DNA from: Clostridia bacterium
GTDB taxonomy: Bacteria; Bacillota; Clostridia; Oscillospirales; Acutalibacteraceae
DNA length: 64,000 nucleotides
Direction: 5' to 3'
Assembly (NCBI GenBank): GCA_017550625.1
Contig: JAFZOL010000039.1
Coordinates: forward strand, 23,211 to 87,210
Part shown: positions 18,152-27,077 of the stretch, piece by piece
Layout: the number at the start of each line of letters is the position of its first letter
How positions within the stretch are numbered: the stretch's first letter is position 1
Program-made: the position numbers and the translations under genes
Notes under the pieces: generated by a model
Databases searched by the model: none
What the model was told of the DNA's origin: nothing
What the model saw: only the letters and a program-made list of their open reading frames with translations

Positions 18152-18703
18152 ATGAAAAAATGGAAATGCCTTATCTGCGGCGAGATCGTGGAGAGCGATA
18201 CCCGCCCCGAGCAGTGCCCGCTTTGCAAAGCGCCCGGCGAGAAGTTCGTGGAGCTCGTTGAGACCGAAGAGCTGACCTGGGCCGCCGAGCACGTGCTGGG
18301 CGTCGGCAAGGACGCGCCCGAAGACATCATCGAGGGCCTTCGCTCCAACTTCCAGGGCGAATGCACCGAGGTGGGCATGTATCTCGCCATGACGAGAGTG
18401 GCCTATCGCGAGGGCTATGCCGAGATCGGCGCCTATTGGGAGAAGGCCGCGCTTGAAGAGGCCGAGCACGCCGCGAAATTCGCGGAGCTTTTGGGCGAGG
18501 TGCTGACCGATTCCACCAAGAAAAACCTTGAGATGCGCGTCGCCGCCGAGAACGGCGCCACCGCCGGCAAGTTCGAGCTCGCCAAGAAGGCGAAGGCCCT
18601 GAACCTTGACGCCATCCACGACACCGTGCACGAGATGGCCCGCGATGAAGCGAGACACGGCAAGGCATTCAAGGGCCTGCTTGACAGATATTTCGGAAAA
18701 TAA
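18152..18703 (+). CDS. reverse rubrerythrin (N-terminal rubredoxin-like CxxC...CxxC + ferritin-like diiron domain)
   Basis: [32 protein letters not shown], then [10 protein letters not shown]...EEAEHAAKF...[22 protein letters not shown]. The track start at 18107 lies inside the -10 box. Confidence 0.88.
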   Translation: MKKWKCLICGEIVESDTRPEQCPLCKAPGEKFVELVETEELTWAAEHVLGVGKDAPEDIIEGLRSNFQGECTEVGMYLAMTRVAYREGYAEIGAYWEKAALEEAEHAAKFAELLGEVLTDSTKKNLEMRVAAENGATAGKFELAKKAKALNLDAIHDTVHEMARDEARHGKAFKGLLDRYFGK

Positions 18704-18721
18704 AAAAGGGAGGTAAGTCAA

Positions 18722-19105
18722 ATGGCACTCAATTTTAATAAAGACTCTGCTTTTAACCTCAAACAGATTCCTCTCGATAGTGTCAGAGGGGAATTAAATG
18801 GTTTGTTAATCCGTGATGAACAGTGCGTTATGGCTTTCCAAACTATGCGGGATCAGTTGGTTTTTACGAACAAACGTATTATTTCCATTGACGTTCAGGG
18901 AATCACAGGCAAAAGGAAATCCTTTGCATCTATGCCATACTCCAAGATCCAGTATTTTTCAATTCAGACTGCCGGATTCGCAGAGATTTTCCCCGATTCT
19001 GAACTGTATATTATGTTCAGCAACGGTGCCACAGCCTCTTTCGAATTCAAGGGAAATGTTGATATTGGTCAAATCGGAAGAATGATTTCTGAATTCGTTC
19101 TGTAA
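18722..19105 (+). CDS. bacterial PH-domain (bPH_2/YokE-like) protein on a low-GC islet
   Basis: 127 aa, RBS GGGAGG. The pattern LIRDEQCVMAFQTMRDQLVFTNKRIISIDVQGITGKRKSFASMPYSKIQYFSIQTAG...F is typical of bacterial PH domains. GC is clearly lower (~40%) than its surroundings. Confidence 0.7.
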   Translation: MALNFNKDSAFNLKQIPLDSVRGELNGLLIRDEQCVMAFQTMRDQLVFTNKRIISIDVQGITGKRKSFASMPYSKIQYFSIQTAGFAEIFPDSELYIMFSNGATASFEFKGNVDIGQIGRMISEFVL

Positions 19106-19373
19106 TGAATTCAAGAAAAGCTGAAGGAATAATCTGTCGAGTTACGCGCAGAGAAAGCAGTAAACCTATTCTTTTAGCTTAATTCTCTACTGTTTCAGCA
19201 GGACAGTGGTAAAAAGGGCATCAAAAAAAGAGAAGCAGTTCATCGCGAGCTGCTTTTCGTTTTTCAGAAAACATAAGAGTGGAATATGCCACGCGTTTAC
19301 CAAGGTTTTTCGAGTTCATAAATAATGCGCTTCACAAAAATCCGGCGAAATTTGCGGCAAGGGCTTTTTTTTC

Positions 19374-19402
19374 TTGCAAAAGCGTTTCCGGTGCGGTATA
19401 AT
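19374..19402 (+). promoter_or_regulatory. sigma-A-type promoter
   Basis: TTGCAA-17 nt-TATAAT. The track ORF start at 19374 is the TTG of this -35 box. Confidence 0.6.
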
Positions 19403-19433
19403 GAAAACGAAATCAAAAGAAAGGATGACGAAT

Positions 19434-19673
19434 ATGGATATTAAAGAAATGATCACTTCGCTCGTGCAGAAGATCACCGGCGACGGCAAGCTGCTGGAGA
19501 AGTTCAAGAAGGACCCGCTTGCCACGATCAAGGGGCTTGTGGGCGACAAGTTCTCGGGCGATCAGCTTTCGGCCATCGTGGAAGGCGTGAAGGCAAAGAT
19601 CAACCTCGACAACGCCTCGGGTCTGCTCGGCAAAGCCGGCGACGCCCTCGGCGGCCTGCTCGGCAAGAAATAA
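19434..19673 (+). CDS. small hypothetical protein (79 aa, helical, Gly-rich C-terminus)
   Basis: ATG at 19434 after AAAGGATGA. MDIKEMITSLVQKITGDGKLLEKFKKDPLATIKGLVGDKF...GLLGKAGDALGGLLGKK. Followed by a strong terminator. Confidence 0.6.
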   Translation: MDIKEMITSLVQKITGDGKLLEKFKKDPLATIKGLVGDKFSGDQLSAIVEGVKAKINLDNASGLLGKAGDALGGLLGKK

Positions 19674-19687
19674 TAATTCTGCAACAA

Positions 19688-19716
19688 AAAAACGCCTTCG
19701 CGAGAAGGCGTTTTTT
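19688..19716 (+). terminator. intrinsic terminator
   Basis: AACGCCTTC-GCGA-GAAGGCGTT followed by T6. Confidence 0.8.
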
Positions 19717-19757
19717 ATGTTTATAAGGCGTTTTTTGTTGCGAAGCCTCTCTCAAGG

Positions 19758-20180
19758 TCACATATAGCTGGCAAGAGAACCGAGCGCCGCGCCGAAAACG
19801 AGCCAGACGATCACGCCGAGGATGACGGAGACCAGCAGGGCGCAGAAATAGCCCCGCGCGTGGTTGCGGCGGTTGATGTTGCCGTCGCTGAGCGCGAACA
19901 CGATGAGGAAAATGAAGCCGATCAGCGGGATCGAATAGAGCAGCGTGTAGCCGAGATACGCCCACGGAGAGAGCGGACGGTATTCATACGGGATCTGGGT
20001 CGGCGTGGTGTAGACGCTCACACTGGGCGCGGCCCGGTATTGGCCGGCCTGCGCGTAAGGCGCGGGCTGGGACTGGTAATAAGCGCCGGCGTTGTTGAAG
20101 CTGCTGCCGCAGCTCTGGCAATAGGGGGCGGAATCGGCGTTGGGCGCGCCGCAGGTTGCGCAATTCTTCATGAGGCTCAT
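19758..20180 (-). CDS. zinc-ribbon domain membrane protein
   Basis: ATG at 20180 with RBS AAGAGAAAGG. MSLMKNCATCGAPNADSAPYCQSCG, a Q/P/Y-rich linker, then two TM helices. Confidence 0.7.
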   Translation of the reverse strand: MSLMKNCATCGAPNADSAPYCQSCGSSFNNAGAYYQSQPAPYAQAGQYRAAPSVSVYTTPTQIPYEYRPLSPWAYLGYTLLYSIPLIGFIFLIVFALSDGNINRRNHARGYFCALLVSVILGVIVWLVFGAALGSLASYM

Positions 20181-20281
20181 CCTTTCTCTTGTTGCCGGGC
20201 GGTGAGCCGCGGCTTCTGCCTTAAAGGATAGCACGCGGAAAGCGCGTTTGCAAGAAAAGGAACGAAACTGTAACTTATTGT

Positions 20282-20307
20282 AAAAAACGGGGGCGCGGTC
20301 AGCCCCC
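20282..20307 (-). terminator. intrinsic terminator at the end of the spoIIP unit
   Basis: Minus strand GGGGGC-TGACCGC-GCCCCC followed by GTTTTTT. It overlaps the stop of the 59-aa ORF. Confidence 0.55.
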
Positions 20308-20478
20308 GAACAGCGCGCCGAAGAAAGCGGGCAGGTCGTCGGCATAGACGAGAGACTCCGGCTCGCCGTGCCACACGCGCTCGGTGCCGGACGAGGCAAG
20401 ACCGAGGCCGAGCCAGAGAAAAAAGCCCGCCGTGAGCAGGATCTGCAAAATGAGATAGAAGGTCAGAAAGCGTTTCAC
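20299..20478 (-). CDS. possible small membrane protein (59 aa, GTG start)
   Basis: GTG lies 5 nt after AAAGGGGAG, directly downstream of spoIIP. VKRFLTFYLILQILLTAGFFLWLGLGLASSG... is one TM helix. Confidence 0.4.
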   Translation of the reverse strand: MKRFLTFYLILQILLTAGFFLWLGLGLASSGTERVWHGEPESLVYADDLPAFFGALFGG

Positions 20479-20495
20479 GCGCGCTCCCCTTTCAC

Positions 20496-21566
20496 TTAGG
20501 TTTCGGCGGAAGAGATCACGTCCGACAGCGCCTGCCCGATCATCCGCCCCGCGAGCACCGCCTCGGCGAGCGTGTTGGTGTCGCTGCCGAATTCGAGCAG
20601 CAGGGAGTTCGGCGTGAGATCCATATTGTAGCGGCGCCGGCAGAAAAACACCGGCCGCATGAGCCCCGGGTAGCGCGCTTCGGCCGCGTTTTGCAGGGCG
20701 AGCGCGAAGCGCAGATTCTCCTGCCAATTCGGGAAGGACGTCACATCGCCCTCTTCGGCGCCCGTGATGATCATGACCTGCGCGGCCTTTGCGCCGTCGA
20801 TCACGGCGGTAGGCTTGATGGCGGAGGAAGAATTGTTGTAAGTGGCGTCGCGGTGGACGTCGAGCGTGATGAGGATAGTCGGGTATTCGCGGAGATACGC
20901 TTCCACCGCCTCGCGCGAGCGGGCGTAGGCGCCGGTGTAGACGTCGTCGTAAACCGCCGTATCGTGGATCACGCCGATCCCGTTTTGTTCGAGCACGGCG
21001 GCAAGCTCGCTGCCGACGCGCACCACGCTTTCGTCCGGCGAGAGCGAACGCGACGCCTCATTGCCGTAGAAATAGCCGGTGGCCGCGCCGAGATACGCCT
21101 CGCTCGTGTGCGTGTGGAAGATGAGCACCGTGGGGGCGCTTTTGTTTTCGACCTCGAGGGCGGGGCCCTCTTCGATGAGCGCGGCGAAATCGGGGTCCTG
21201 CTCGTACGTGGCGTTTTTGACGCGCACCGCGCCCACGGCGTCGGTGGCGCCCTGGTCGCGGTAGAAGATCTCCTGCACCGTGCCGACGGGTTCGGCCGAG
21301 GCGTAGGCCGCCTTCGCTTCGCGCTCCTTTTCGAGCACGTCGGCGGGCGTATCAAAGAGGCTGTCCGGCGACGGAACAAAGGCGGAGGCGGGCGCGGACG
21401 AGGGCGCGGCAGACGGCGCGGGGGCGTCCGTTGCCGCCGGGGCGGACGGGACGGTCGTCGGCTCGCCGGAAGAGCGGGCCTTGTCCGCCGTGAAAAGAAA
21501 AACGAGCGTCGCGAGCAGCATCAGCGCCGAGAGCAGAAGCTCGCGGGCGGAGCAAAAGCGTTTCAT
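20496..21566 (-). CDS. spoIIP: stage II sporulation protein P
   Basis: N-terminal TM helix, a Pro/Ala-rich linker, then VLIFHTHTSEAY...LDVHRD...VMIITG. Confidence 0.85.
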   Translation of the reverse strand: MKRFCSARELLLSALMLLATLVFLFTADKARSSGEPTTVPSAPAATDAPAPSAAPSSAPASAFVPSPDSLFDTPADVLEKEREAKAAYASAEPVGTVQEIFYRDQGATDAVGAVRVKNATYEQDPDFAALIEEGPALEVENKSAPTVLIFHTHTSEAYLGAATGYFYGNEASRSLSPDESVVRVGSELAAVLEQNGIGVIHDTAVYDDVYTGAYARSREAVEAYLREYPTILITLDVHRDATYNNSSSAIKPTAVIDGAKAAQVMIITGAEEGDVTSFPNWQENLRFALALQNAAEARYPGLMRPVFFCRRRYNMDLTPNSLLLEFGSDTNTLAEAVLAGRMIGQALSDVISSAET

Positions 21567-21615
21567 AGCATCACCGCGTTATTCTATGCGCCGCGGCGGC
21601 TGGGTATGCTGGCGG

Positions 21616-22464
21616 TCATGCGAGGGACAGCAGCTCTTCGGGCGTGAGCGACGGCTGCAGCGCGAGATTGACCGCGAGCGAGAGAAAGCGCGCCGCAGAG
21701 TCGATCACGGCGTCGATATCGCGCGGGGTGACCATCATCGAGGCGAAGGGGCTGTCCGTGCCGGCGGGGGCCGTGCCGACGTCCCCGGCGAGGGTGAGGG
21801 CGTCCACGACCGTGGGCACGCCCACGGCGATGACCGGCACGCCGAGGGTCTTTTCACTCAGCGCCTTTCGCGCGTTGCCCACGCCCGCCCCGGGCTCGAC
21901 GCCGGCGGAGCTCAGCTGCACGTTGTTGCCGAGGCGCGTGACACTCCCCGCCGCGAGGGCGTCGACGGCGATCACGGCGGCGGGAGCGAACGAGCGCACC
22001 ACGCCCTTGACGATCTCGGACGCCTCGAGCCCCGTTTTGCCGCTCACCCCGGGCGTGAGCGCCGCGACAGAACGAAGCGAGGGCAGCTTTTCGAGGGCGT
22101 CCGGCGGCAGGTGGGCGGTGGCGAGCACCCCGGCGGCGGTCTTGGGACCGAGGGCGTCGGGCGTGACGGCGAGGTTGCCGAGCCCCACCACGAGCACGCG
22201 TCCCCTGTCGGGCAGAAGAGAAGTCAATAGGTCTGCAAGACGCCGCGTCTTTTCGCCGGTGAGGGACGATACGTCCGGGAAGGCGTCCGTTTCGAAGGTA
22301 TAATAGACGCCCTCGGGCTTGCCGAGCGCCCTGCCGGCGGCAGGCGTTCTGACCGTGATCTTCGTGGTTTTGCAGCCGTCGCCCGCCTCTTCACAAACGT
22401 CGACGCCCGCGCGTTCGGCCTGCCCGAGAGAAGCGTAGCGTTCGATCGCCATATCCGTGCGCAT
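21616..22464 (-). CDS. gpr: GPR endopeptidase (spore germination protease)
   Basis: MRTDMAIE..., GKPEGVYYTFE, VVGLGNLAVTPDALGP, VIAVDALA, GVPVIAVGVPTVVD. Sits divergent from rpsT as in Bacillus. Confidence 0.88.
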   Translation of the reverse strand: MRTDMAIERYASLGQAERAGVDVCEEAGDGCKTTKITVRTPAAGRALGKPEGVYYTFETDAFPDVSSLTGEKTRRLADLLTSLLPDRGRVLVVGLGNLAVTPDALGPKTAAGVLATAHLPPDALEKLPSLRSVAALTPGVSGKTGLEASEIVKGVVRSFAPAAVIAVDALAAGSVTRLGNNVQLSSAGVEPGAGVGNARKALSEKTLGVPVIAVGVPTVVDALTLAGDVGTAPAGTDSPFASMMVTPRDIDAVIDSAARFLSLAVNLALQPSLTPEELLSLA

Positions 22465-22611
22465 ACTCAGTCACTCCTTTCGCCTTATTGTGCGCTTAAA
22501 AGCGGAAAATAATCGAAAAAGAAACGAAATATTGTTTCAAAAGGGCTTGCAATTTAAACCGATTGATGATATGATAACAGAGAATATGAGTAATAAAAGG
22601 AGGTGGACCCC

Positions 22612-22878
22612 ATGCCCAATATCAAATCCGCGAAGAAGCGCGTTCTCGTGAACAAGACGAAGCACGACAGAAACAAGTCTCAGAATTCCGCGCTGAAGAC
22701 CGCGATCAAAAAGGCGAACGCCGCCGTGGAAAACGGCGATGCAGATAAAGAAGCCGCCGTGAAGGCCGCCCAGGCCAAGATCGACCGCGCCGTCGCGAAG
22801 GGCCTTATTCACAAGAATAACGCCGCGCACAAGAAGAGCGCTCTCGCCCTGAAGCTCAACAAATCCGACAACGCGTAA
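22612..22878 (+). CDS. rpsT: 30S ribosomal protein S20
   Basis: [48 protein letters not shown]. Confidence 0.95.
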   Translation: MPNIKSAKKRVLVNKTKHDRNKSQNSALKTAIKKANAAVENGDADKEAAVKAAQAKIDRAVAKGLIHKNNAAHKKSALALKLNKSDNA

Positions 22879-22940
22879 CTTCTTTTCGAACGAACAGCGC
22901 CGTTATGACCCGAACGGCGCCCAAAAAACCGAAACGCACG

Positions 22941-22979
22941 GATGAACGGACCGTGTTCAACCGTTCACCCGCATTTTTT
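22941..22979 (+). terminator. intrinsic terminator after rpsT
   Basis: GATGAACGG-N11-CCGTTCACC, then GCATTTTTT. Confidence 0.6.
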
Positions 22980-22998
22980 GAAAGGACGGTATACCCGC

Positions 22999-23205
22999 AT
23001 GAATATTTCGAAAATCACCAAGATCCTGAAGATCGTTGGAATCATCATTGCCGTTGCCGCTGCGATCGCCGGTATTTGCGTTCTGGTGAAAAAGCTCGCC
23101 GCGAAGAAGCAGGAAGCGCTTGCCGAGCACCCCGAAGAGGAAGAGCTCCTTTCCGAAAACGTGGAAGAGGCAAAGGAAGAGTTTTCCGCCGAGGTCGTCG
23201 ACTGA
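22999..23205 (+). CDS. small membrane protein (68 aa) with acidic C-terminus
   Basis: ATG at 22999 after GAAAGGACGG. MNISKITKILKIVGIIIAVAAAIAGICVLV is a TM helix, followed by an E-rich tail. Confidence 0.5.
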   Translation: MNISKITKILKIVGIIIAVAAAIAGICVLVKKLAAKKQEALAEHPEEEELLSENVEEAKEEFSAEVVD

Positions 23206-23328
23206 GAGCATTCGGTCATTCATTTGAATAAATGAAATGAATGAAATGGGGCACCTGATGATCAGAGGCCCTTTTCATTTTCCGTACGGCGCGTTAGATT
23301 CCCGCGCCGATATAAAGGAGGCGAAGCG

Positions 23329-25131
23329 ATGAAAGCCCTTCAGATCGACCGCTGCTTCGCGCGGCGGGTCCGCTTTTACGACAAAAACGACCCCGCGGTG
23401 CCCGAAGCCCTGTCCGGCGCGCCGACCCCGCCGGATCTTGCCGGGATCGCCTGCCCGCTGCCCGCGCGGCGGCGGGACTATACCTGCATGGCGAAGACCG
23501 GCCGCGCCGTCTGGCTCGGTGCGGACAACGGCGTGACCCGCTATGAGGAGACGCCCGCCCGCGAAGTTGACCGGGTAACGTATTTCTCCGCCCTGCGGGA
23601 GCTGCCGGACAACCGCGTGCTGAATCTCATTGCGGATGAAACGGCAGACGACGCGGTGTGGGTGCTGACCGAAACGGGCGCAACCCGCATCCGGACGGAA
23701 TACGTCACCGCCGAGCAGAAGGCGGAAGAGCTGACGCGCGAGACGCTTTCATACGTTTCGCGGCGCGGCATGGTGAGCCAGCGCGAGCTGACCGCCGCCC
23801 GCGACCCGGCAAGCGCCGTCAACTACGGGCACTCGGACAACTCCGGCACCTTCACCGCGGCCTTCGCGGTGGGGGAACTCTGTAAATACGCGTGGTACAA
23901 GCGCACGCTCGGCGCGGACAACGAAAAGACCGTCGCCGCGAAAAAGAGCGCCGTGAGAAGCCTCGAGGCGTGCCTGCTCTTATGCTATATCCCCTGCCGA
24001 GGCGACGGCTTTGTGGCGCGCACGTATCTCGCGCCGCACGAGCCGATTCCGGAGGACGGGCTGTTTTACCGCATCGAAAACGGCAAGGCCACCTGCGTGG
24101 ACCTGCCGTTCGCCAGAGAACGCGGGATCGCGGGCAAGACGGTCGACGCCTCCGCCCCCATCCCGGAGCGGCTGACGAAGCTGTTCACGGACGAGGGGCA
24201 CACGCTCGACGGCCTCGTTTATAAAGGCGACACGAGCTCGGACGAGATCACGCACCATTTTCTGCTGTTCTATTTCGCGCATAAGATCCTCGGGGACGAG
24301 GAGCCCGAGCTCGATGCGTTGGTGAAGGACCGCGCCGAGGCGATCCTCGATCACATTCTGTCGCACGGCTGCACGATGTGCGAGTGCGACGGCCGCCCCA
24401 CCACGTGGGCGAGATGGGATATCCCCTATTTCCACACGCCGATCGGCTGGTCCGACGCGTGCCTCAACTCCGCGGAGCTTCTGATGTATCACAAGGTCGC
24501 GATGTTCGTGACCGGCAAGACCGAAAAGTACGCGGATTCATATTGGAAGCTCGCGATCGACGACGGCTACGCCGCCCTGACCGCGAAGCATGAGGCAAGG
24601 TTTTTCCTCTCGTCGCTGACTTCGGGGCGCGAAGAGGTGGAAGAGCTGATGTACGGCGACAACGCCCTCGCGACCTGCGCCTACTGGCTGCTCGTGACGC
24701 TCGAGGACGACGAGAACCTGAAGGCGATCTATAAAAACGGCTACCGAGGCTGGGACCTCACGTTCCGGCGCGAGCACAACCCGTTTTACGATTTCCCGTA
24801 CGCATTGTGCTTCCCGGACGCGGAACTCGACAGAGACAAGCTCACAGACTGGTTCCGCCGCACCGACGTGACGCGCCTTGCGTGCAGCGTGAGCGTGAGC
24901 GAGCGCAAGGACGTGCCCAAACGCATCCGCATGAGTGGCGAGGAGGAGACGAGCTGCCTTCTGATGCCCGACGAGCGTGCCGTGAGCAAATACGACCGCA
25001 ATCCCTTCGCTTATCTCAATACGCATAACGACCGGGGCGAGTATCTCGTGGAGAGCTGCTACGTGTATACCTGCGCCTACTGGCTCGGCAAATATTTCGG
25101 CCTGATCGCCGACGGGGAGGGAGAAGCATGA
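23329..25131 (+). CDS. hypothetical cytoplasmic protein, possibly (alpha/alpha)6-toroid glycosidase-like
   Basis: 600 aa. RBS AAAGGAGG at 8 nt. No signal peptide. The C-terminal two thirds has repeated helical-hairpin character (SDNSGTFTAAFA, GDTSSDEITHHFLLFYF, NSAELLMYH, ATCAYWLL, YTCAYWLGKYF). No catalytic motif recognised. Confidence 0.6.
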   Translation: MKALQIDRCFARRVRFYDKNDPAVPEALSGAPTPPDLAGIACPLPARRRDYTCMAKTGRAVWLGADNGVTRYEETPAREVDRVTYFSALRELPDNRVLNLIADETADDAVWVLTETGATRIRTEYVTAEQKAEELTRETLSYVSRRGMVSQRELTAARDPASAVNYGHSDNSGTFTAAFAVGELCKYAWYKRTLGADNEKTVAAKKSAVRSLEACLLLCYIPCRGDGFVARTYLAPHEPIPEDGLFYRIENGKATCVDLPFARERGIAGKTVDASAPIPERLTKLFTDEGHTLDGLVYKGDTSSDEITHHFLLFYFAHKILGDEEPELDALVKDRAEAILDHILSHGCTMCECDGRPTTWARWDIPYFHTPIGWSDACLNSAELLMYHKVAMFVTGKTEKYADSYWKLAIDDGYAALTAKHEARFFLSSLTSGREEVEELMYGDNALATCAYWLLVTLEDDENLKAIYKNGYRGWDLTFRREHNPFYDFPYALCFPDAELDRDKLTDWFRRTDVTRLACSVSVSERKDVPKRIRMSGEEETSCLLMPDERAVSKYDRNPFAYLNTHNDRGEYLVESCYVYTCAYWLGKYFGLIADGEGEA

Positions 25132-25964
25132 AAGGCATTCGACTGATCGACGTGAACCGCGTGGCCGACTGCATGCCCGACGCGCCGCGCACGGATTTCG
25201 CGTTCGCGGACTGCGTGTATCCGCGTTTTATCCAGGTGCTGCGCAAACTCGGAAAAACGGGCGTGCTGTTCACCGACCCGCTCGCCGACCCCGGCGAGGA
25301 CCTGCCGCGGCTTTGCATCCTTGAGGACATCGACTGCTCGAAGGTGCTCGCCTACCGCAGTTCCCTGCCCGTGATCCGCAGCCGGTTCGACGCCCTGCCG
25401 CTCATCCGCCGCGCGCGCGAAGAAGCCGAGGACGCGGAATATCCCGTGATCCTTTTCTATGCCGAGGCGCTGCTGGAGGACGACGGCGGTATGCCGTTTC
25501 TGCGCGGCGTGGCGGACGGCGACGCGGACGTGCGCTTCTCGGACCCGGACGGGTATTTCAGGGAGCTGACGGAGATCATGCCCGACCTGCCGCTCGTGCG
25601 GCTCGACCCGAAGAAAAAATACGCCGTGCCTGCTTCGGCGCCGGACGCGATCCGCCTCGACGACGAGGGGCCGACGACGTTTCTGCCTGCCGAGAACATC
25701 ATGTACGGGCCGTATCTCCCCTATACCGTCAGCGCGCCGAACGTGCGCCCGTCCATACTGTCAAAGGTGCAGCTCTCGGAGGGCAGGACGCTGCTGATCC
25801 TCATTGAGACCGAGGGAAAAGAGACCGAATGCGACGTAATTTGCGAAGCGCAGGATTTCGCGTTCAGGGCCCTGTTTGCGCCGTATGAAATGAAGGTGTT
25901 CAGCGTGGACACCGCCACCGGGCGCGTGACCGAGACGGACCTCAGGGACGTGCCGGAAGAATAA
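25128..25964 (+). CDS. hypothetical protein, translationally coupled to the preceding gene
   Basis: 278 aa. ATGA start/stop overlap, RBS GGGGAGGGAG. No recognisable motif. Confidence 0.6.
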   Translation: MKGIRLIDVNRVADCMPDAPRTDFAFADCVYPRFIQVLRKLGKTGVLFTDPLADPGEDLPRLCILEDIDCSKVLAYRSSLPVIRSRFDALPLIRRAREEAEDAEYPVILFYAEALLEDDGGMPFLRGVADGDADVRFSDPDGYFRELTEIMPDLPLVRLDPKKKYAVPASAPDAIRLDDEGPTTFLPAENIMYGPYLPYTVSAPNVRPSILSKVQLSEGRTLLILIETEGKETECDVICEAQDFAFRALFAPYEMKVFSVDTATGRVTETDLRDVPEE

Positions 25965-25978
25965 CATAAACAAAAAAA

Positions 25979-26014
25979 GAGCTGCCGCAGGGACACCCCT
26001 GCGGCAGCTTTTTG
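25979..26014. terminator. bidirectional intrinsic terminator
   Basis: GCTGCCGCAGGG-ACAC-CCCTGCGGCAGC flanked by A7 and T5. Confidence 0.85.
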
Positions 26015-26027
26015 CGTATGCGGGTTT

Positions 26028-27035
26028 TCAGATCTTGATGCGGTCGAGGTTTTCCATGCAGGATTTCTCTTCGCCGGCCTCGATAGCCTTGATGAAATCG
26101 TAGATCTGCTGGTTGACGGGCGTGGGCACGCCGGCCTTTTTGCCCTGCTCGATGATGTAGCCGTTGAAGATGTCGATCTCGGTCTTCTCGCCGCGGTCGA
26201 GCGCCTGCAACGTGGAGGGGCGCACGTCGCCGAAGCGCTTGCCGACCACGCCGGTGACGGCGGCGCAGACCTTTTTGAACCACTTGGCTTCGCTCAGGAT
26301 CAGAAGGTTATAGTTGAGGACCTTGGCGTAGGGCGGGACGTGCATGCCGAGCTTTTTGGCCACGAACGTGCCCTCGCGCGCGATCTCGAGGAAGATCGCT
26401 TTGGCCTTGTCGGACTTCATCATCACGCCCACGGTCTGGCCGGTGAGCGGCGCGATGGAGTTGATGCAGGAGTTGACGATCAGCTTCGAATAGAGGTATT
26501 CGTCGATGTTCTTGACGGCCTTGGTGGGCAGCAGATTGTTGTAGATCGAAGCGAGCTCGGCGATCTGCTGGTCCATGCGGCCGTTGAGGCGGCCGATCTT
26601 GAGCTCGCCGGAGGACGTGACGTTGATCACGCCGTCGGGCTGCAGGGTGGCGCCGAAGCCGATCATGCAGCCGACCGTGCGGTTCTTGCCCACGACCTCG
26701 GCAAGGCGGCCGGTGCAGATGCCGTTCTGCATCGACACGAACAGGCCGTTCTCCTTCACCACGGGCAGGTAGGCTCTCGCCACGGCCTGCAGGGCGAAAA
26801 ACTTGGTGGCGATGATGCACACGTCGTAAAGCGTGTCGATCTCGGAAACGTCGGTATACACCGTCAGCTTCTGGCAGTGGTCGCCGAGCGCGCCCGTAAG
26901 CTTGAGGCCCTCGGTGCGGATCTTTTCGGCGCGTTCTTTGTTCGCCTCGGCGATCTCGATGTCAACGCCGTGCTCTTTGAGCATCACGGCGGTGGTGCCG
27001 CCGATGGAACCGGCGCCGACCAGCAAAATCTTCAT
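26028..27035 (-). CDS. ketopantoate reductase (ApbA/PanE) family oxidoreductase
   Basis: MKILLVGAGSIGGTTAVMLKEHG Rossmann motif. Size and layout fit the ApbA family. Confidence 0.75.
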   Translation of the reverse strand: MKILLVGAGSIGGTTAVMLKEHGVDIEIAEANKERAEKIRTEGLKLTGALGDHCQKLTVYTDVSEIDTLYDVCIIATKFFALQAVARAYLPVVKENGLFVSMQNGICTGRLAEVVGKNRTVGCMIGFGATLQPDGVINVTSSGELKIGRLNGRMDQQIAELASIYNNLLPTKAVKNIDEYLYSKLIVNSCINSIAPLTGQTVGVMMKSDKAKAIFLEIAREGTFVAKKLGMHVPPYAKVLNYNLLILSEAKWFKKVCAAVTGVVGKRFGDVRPSTLQALDRGEKTEIDIFNGYIIEQGKKAGVPTPVNQQIYDFIKAIEAGEEKSCMENLDRIKI

Positions 27036-27077
27036 ACTCTTTTCTCTCCTTCTTTTTTAATCGCAAGGGTTTGTTTG

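Noticed and set aside
22465-22611. Forespore sigma-F/G promoter upstream of gpr, and sporulation promoters for spoIIP
   Set aside because: I could not find a convincing -35/-10 pair matching the sigma-G or sigma-F consensus by eye. The expectation comes from Bacillus knowledge only.
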